Below are positions 58,509-64,000 of a DNA stretch of 64,000 nucleotides, piece after piece (positions within the stretch are counted from its first letter, which is position 1; each line of letters starts with the position of its first letter). The stretch is from Piromyces finnis finn (Eukaryota; Fungi; Neocallimastigomycota). The position numbers and the translations under genes were made by a program. The notes below the pieces were generated by a model. It saw nothing but the letters and a program-made list of their open reading frames with translations, was not told the origin of the DNA and searched no databases. Location: contig MCFH01000048.1 in NCBI GenBank assembly GCA_002104945.1, positions 1 to 64,000 on the forward strand, given 5' to 3'.

Positions 58509-61500
58509 TATTTAATATTCAATGTTATTGTACCATTTGTACTTACAATAGTTACTTATTATTATTCTACCTAATAATAATGCTTACATTATTAATACTC
58601 TTTTCACTACACCAAGTTTATTATTATAATTTCACTCTAAGTATTATTCTACCAATGCAATAAAAAATTGATCCTTTTTAGCCTACAAAGGCATACATTT
58701 ATTAAATCAATTGTGATTTATTTAATATAATAGAATTTATCCATTTAAACCCTTATTTAATAGTAAATGAATAAATTAAATAAATTATTAAAGTTCTCCT
58801 TCGCCTTCCTTCCAATTTAAAGTTGTGACCTGAAATTGTTGTGCTTACATTTATTAAGATGGTGATTAAAATCGTCTACCATTTAATTTTCATTACAATG
58901 TAATATATTATTCACATAAATTCTATTTCATTCATTTCAATATGTCGTAAACCTTCTATTTGCTTCATTTTCATAAAATATTTTAATAATTGAGTTAGAG
59001 TTGTCATCTATTATATTATTAATTTACTATTAATATGCATTATCAATATATTTTACATATATTAATATATATGATAAATATATAAATAAATAATCCTATA
59101 GAATTAGCATATGTAATAATAAGTCTTATTGAATATATATTAATATATATTATAAATATAATGGTGATATATAGTATAATATAAAATATTATATAAATAG
59201 AAAATTCTATATATATAAAACTTTATAGTTTAAACTTTCCTATTCATTTCTATCCTAATTAATTCAAATAAATTATTTAAATTGTTTTATATATATATTT
59301 ACATTCTTTAGTATAATATATTAAATATATGATAATATATAGTTGTTTATTAATGAACTATAGAATTGATTATAATATATTGATAAGTATATTACATTTT
59401 ATTCCTCTATTAATTTTTTTTGATAAAATATATTATTCAATAATAATCAATATAATTCTAATATATTGTACCATAAATAAATTGTTTATTTTTTAAAAGG
59501 TAAAAAATTAAAAGTAACAAAAGATTTGTGTGAAGATAAATGAATTATAAATTAAATGAATAAATAAATAAAATAATAATTATTAATTAATAAATATTAA
59601 TGAATGAAAAAACTTCAAATGCAAGGAAAGAAAGAGAAAATTAATATAATGACTAATATTATTAATAATACTCACAATAGTTAATATGAGATAATGGATG
59701 AACACAATATTTATTTAAATATTCATTTAATTTTATTTATTTGTTTGTTTATTAGCTTATTAGGTTACAATGTGCGAAATTTATTTCCTACTAGAAATCA
59801 TACCGCCACTACTAAAGGTTGATCATGCCATTTAATGTGGTAAAAAAAGTAAAAAAAAAAAAAAAAACATAAAAAATAGGAAGAATAAATGGATGATAAT
59901 GGTGGCGGTAAAAAAAAAAAAAAAAAAAAAGATTTTAACTTTTATAAAAATAAATTTAAAATCAAATAAAAAAAAGTATACCAATGTATTCATTCTAAAA
60001 ATAGTAACATGATAAATATAAAAATTTTAAAGTAGGTTAAAATGGACCTTAAAATTTAATTCAACCATACTATAAAAAAAATAGATAGCATGAAAGTAGT
60101 TTTTGGCTATGATATACTTTTCATGCTAATATCACATGTATTAATAAATCATCATATGATCAAATACATAAAAAATATCAACTTCATTTAAACTAAATTA
60201 AAATCCCATTTATTATCTAAACCAAATATAGTAAAACTTTAATGAAATGGTATAAATTAATATATTAAAGTTTTATTCTTAATTTATTTTAAATCGTACA
60301 ATTGTTTTGAATTGTTTAAAATGGTAAAATGTAACCACACTCAAAATTAAAGTATAATAGTATGGAATATAAAAAAAATAAAAAGAAATAAATTATCCAC
60401 TATTTTCTAATTAAAAATAATCAAATCATTTTAATGAATGCCGTTACTGATTCATAAAAATAAATATATAAATAGATTAATAATCTTAAACCATAAAATT
60501 GTAATTATAGTATGGTTATACATTTTATTTTTTGTAGAAAAAAAAAGTAGCCTATAATGAATAACAAAAAAAAAAAAGAACAATAGGAATAAAAAATAAT
60601 GACATAATATTTTTTTTAATTTATATATCATAACAATGCACCTTTCTTTCTACTGATAGATTATTCTATACAATTTGAATTATTCATTTTTTTTTAAAGA
60701 AAAATATCTCATATATTAATTTAAGTTTTAATTTTATATATTTGATTAAATTAATTTCTCTATATGTGACAAAAAAATTAATAGTACAAATTTAATTAAT
60801 TTCTACAATAAATATATTGACAGTATCTACAATTAAATTGATTGGACGATATGGTACATTATACGTAGTGAAAGAATACACAACTTTACAATTTTATAGC
60901 TTATTATAAAAAATATATATCAATAATAATAGTAATAATACCAGTAATAATAGTAATAGCAATAATACAATTAATGTTAGCATATTACATTAGATATTAT
61001 ATCTAAAAGTTTATATGAGCCCCTCTTTTCATTTCCTTTATAACACTTTCTTTTTTTCCATTAATTTTTTCTGCTTTTTATTGGTGGTTTTCAATAGCAA
61101 TGATTTTAAAGTTTCGTTTTCCAACATTTATTGTTGTACAAGATAGATGTAATAAAAATTTAATGGTATTGGTGAAGATTAATTGTGGAAGGGAATGTAT
61201 TGGATAGAGGATTTTTAAATAATCATCTAACCTTACCCAAGAAAAGCTATATACGTTAAAAGAATGAAAGAGGTCAACCAAAATAGAAATTAAAATAAAG
61301 AAAAAAACGAAATATAAAAAGTTACAATTAATAATAATAATAAATTTTCTTTTTTCTTTTAAACATCACTTGTTACAGCTTTTTTTATTATACAGGAAAA
61401 AAAATAATTAATTTAAAAATAAAAATAATGGTGATACAAAAAATAGATTAAATACAGATATTAACTAAACAATTTATAATAAATATGAACAATAAATTAT

Positions 61501-64000
61501 AATATATTATGATTTAATTTTATAGTATATTTTAATATAGTTTTCTTTTTTTAATTTAACTAAAAAAATGTTTTTTTTTTTTCTTTTTAAAAATTCTATT
61601 ATTAAAAAGATTACATACAAAATAAAATTATCATTACATATAATATAATATATTGTAATATAGTGTTGTTTCTATAGATAGAAATGATTATCATTAAAGA
61701 AAAAAGTTTTTTTGATAATAAAATAAAATATAATCATTATAATTAATATATTATAATATATTGTTTAAACTCAAACTTTAATTATTAATTAATATAATAA
61801 TTATAAAAATTTATATATAATTTCTCCCTATTTTACATCTTTAAAAGTATGAAGTATAAGATGAAACCCATTCTATTAGAATTATAATAATAAAAAATAA
61901 GTGAGTATTTTAAAGGAAAGAGATGAATTTGATGATGGTAAGGATAAGGAAGAAAAGAATAGTTTTATTTTAAGAAAACTTTCCTCCGGATATTGCAGTC
62001 CAGAGCTCCACTCCTTATCTGCAAGTCTTATAATTCATAAAGCATTAAAAAATATTTTTTCTTTATTGAAATACAACAGATAGAATAATGTGATAATAAA
62101 TTTTAATAATATTTACAAATATTAAATTCTTCTCAAATTGATAAGAAGAAAAAAAATAGAAAAAAAAAAAGGTAGGGTAGATTGATTAATTAGATATAAT
62201 AAAAATAAATACATATTTTATATATATTTAATTCTCCTAAAAAAAAAAAAAAAAAATGAATAAATACCTTAAAAAAAGTTGGTATTACTTTTGAATATCT
62301 TATGCTTATTAAAGCACACTTTAAAATCTATCCACTTGAACTGATTATTTATTATAGTTTAATGGTATTTAGAAAAATGTATTATTCATATTATTTATTA
62401 TTGTTATTATTGTTATGGTTATTATTATTGTTGTTTTGAAATTGAAAAAAGGATCACCATTCTCTTTTAAATTTTAATAATTATTAAAAAAAAAGGGCTA
62501 CATTTTTTTAATTAATAATGGATGGGTAAATGAATATGTATACATTTTGATGTGATGTATACATTTGTAATGAATATTTGAAAGCGATAAAAATTTTGAT
62601 GTCAAACTTTAAGAACCTTTTTTTTCTTAGAAAAACAAAAAAATAATTAGTTATAATCTTTTTTTATTTATTTATTCATTTATTTATTCATTAAAACGTA
62701 TAATAAAAATAATAATAAAAAAAATAAAATAATTATACAGAAATCAAAAATGAATCTAATCAAAGAAAGGAAGATATGGTGGCATTTTATTATTAATGAT
62801 TTCATAAGATTTAGTTTTTTCTGTATAAAGATAATATAATCTTGATAAAAAATAAATACAAAATATATATAATAGGCAATAAAAAAAAAAAAATTGTGGT
62901 GTCGTTAGTTATTTTTTAGCCAATTCACAAAAAAAATGTAAATCACAAACATAAATCTATGTTAAGTATGATATAAAATAGTATCACATGATACAATAAA
63001 ATAATGTTATACTATTACTTATCAATTCAATCTTTACTATTTAAATTTAATTAATAGTATAATTGGTAGATGGTAATGATGAAGTAGTAATTTGTAGGAA
63101 AATAGATGTCAAAGTGGAAAGGGGTAGCAGTAGAAATAGTGTGTAGTAGTATGGTGGATGGTTGATGGCTATGTTTTTTTAATTGAATGAGGAGGAGAGA
63201 TTTAATCTATAAAATTATTAAATCTTTTATTAAATCTCTTACATTAATAAAAAAAATTAATATAAAGATTTTTTTTTTTATTTAATTAAAAAATAAATAA
63301 AATTAATAAATTTTTAGTATTAATGACAATGATGATCTATGAAGAATAAATTAATCATAATAATATTAATATTATGATGAAGATGATGATTCCTTATGTT
63401 TATGCCTATTGATGAGGATGATGTATAATAATATTGTTATTAACCACTATCATGTATTATTAATTAATATATTATAATTAATAATAAAAAAATGGCTGTA
63501 ATGATATATATCCTAATAGTAACTGCAATAGTAAAGATTCATAGATTGTTATATTAATATTTATTATTAGGATTAATATTATGATGTAGAATCATCATCC
63601 TTTGCCATTTAATAATATTTAATATCATTGATTTATTAAAATATATAGATTGGCTAGTGAGGTGTAGAAATAAATAATATATTTAATTAAAAATATTATT
63701 TTATACCTATATTGTGGCTAAAATAAAATTTTTATGATTCATCATAGGAACAAAAAAAAAGTTTAACTTTTTAGTAAAAGATTTATCTAATCTATATTTT
63801 ATTTTTTTATTTTTAGTATTATTATTTTTGTATAATTATTAACATTGCATTCATGAGCCTACAATAAATGAATACAATATAAATATTAATTTAATATAAC
63901 ATAATAATGTTTAATGGTAATCATGACATTCTATAGTATGCCGATATAATCTGTCATGGAAGTTATTTCTTTATAGAAATATTAAAATTTAACACAATTT

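Overview
Very AT-rich eukaryotic genomic DNA, most consistent with an anaerobic gut fungus (Neocallimastigomycota; inferred from base composition and element types, not proven). Positions 1-54,000 are almost entirely retrotransposon DNA organised around four tRNA genes (Trp+, Trp-, Arg, Gly). It holds three full-length Ty3/Gypsy elements, one intact Gag-protease-only element, one decayed Gypsy, about 20 solo or partial LTRs and one full-length LINE. The main signal: the LTR elements form polarised, chronological stacks on the 5' side of the tRNA genes. Removing each element and one copy of its target-site duplication (TSD) puts nearly every insertion at a family-specific distance upstream of the mature tRNA: 12 nt, 13-15 nt, 16-17 nt or about 65 nt. 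Both Tf1-type self-priming elements and tRNA-primed elements with a -1 frameshift show this. Right of tRNA-Gly the window is nearly TE-free: one Cys-rich host ORF, a TSD-flanked tRNA-headed SINE-like retroposon and a minisatellite. Family letters (A, B, C and so on) are my own labels.
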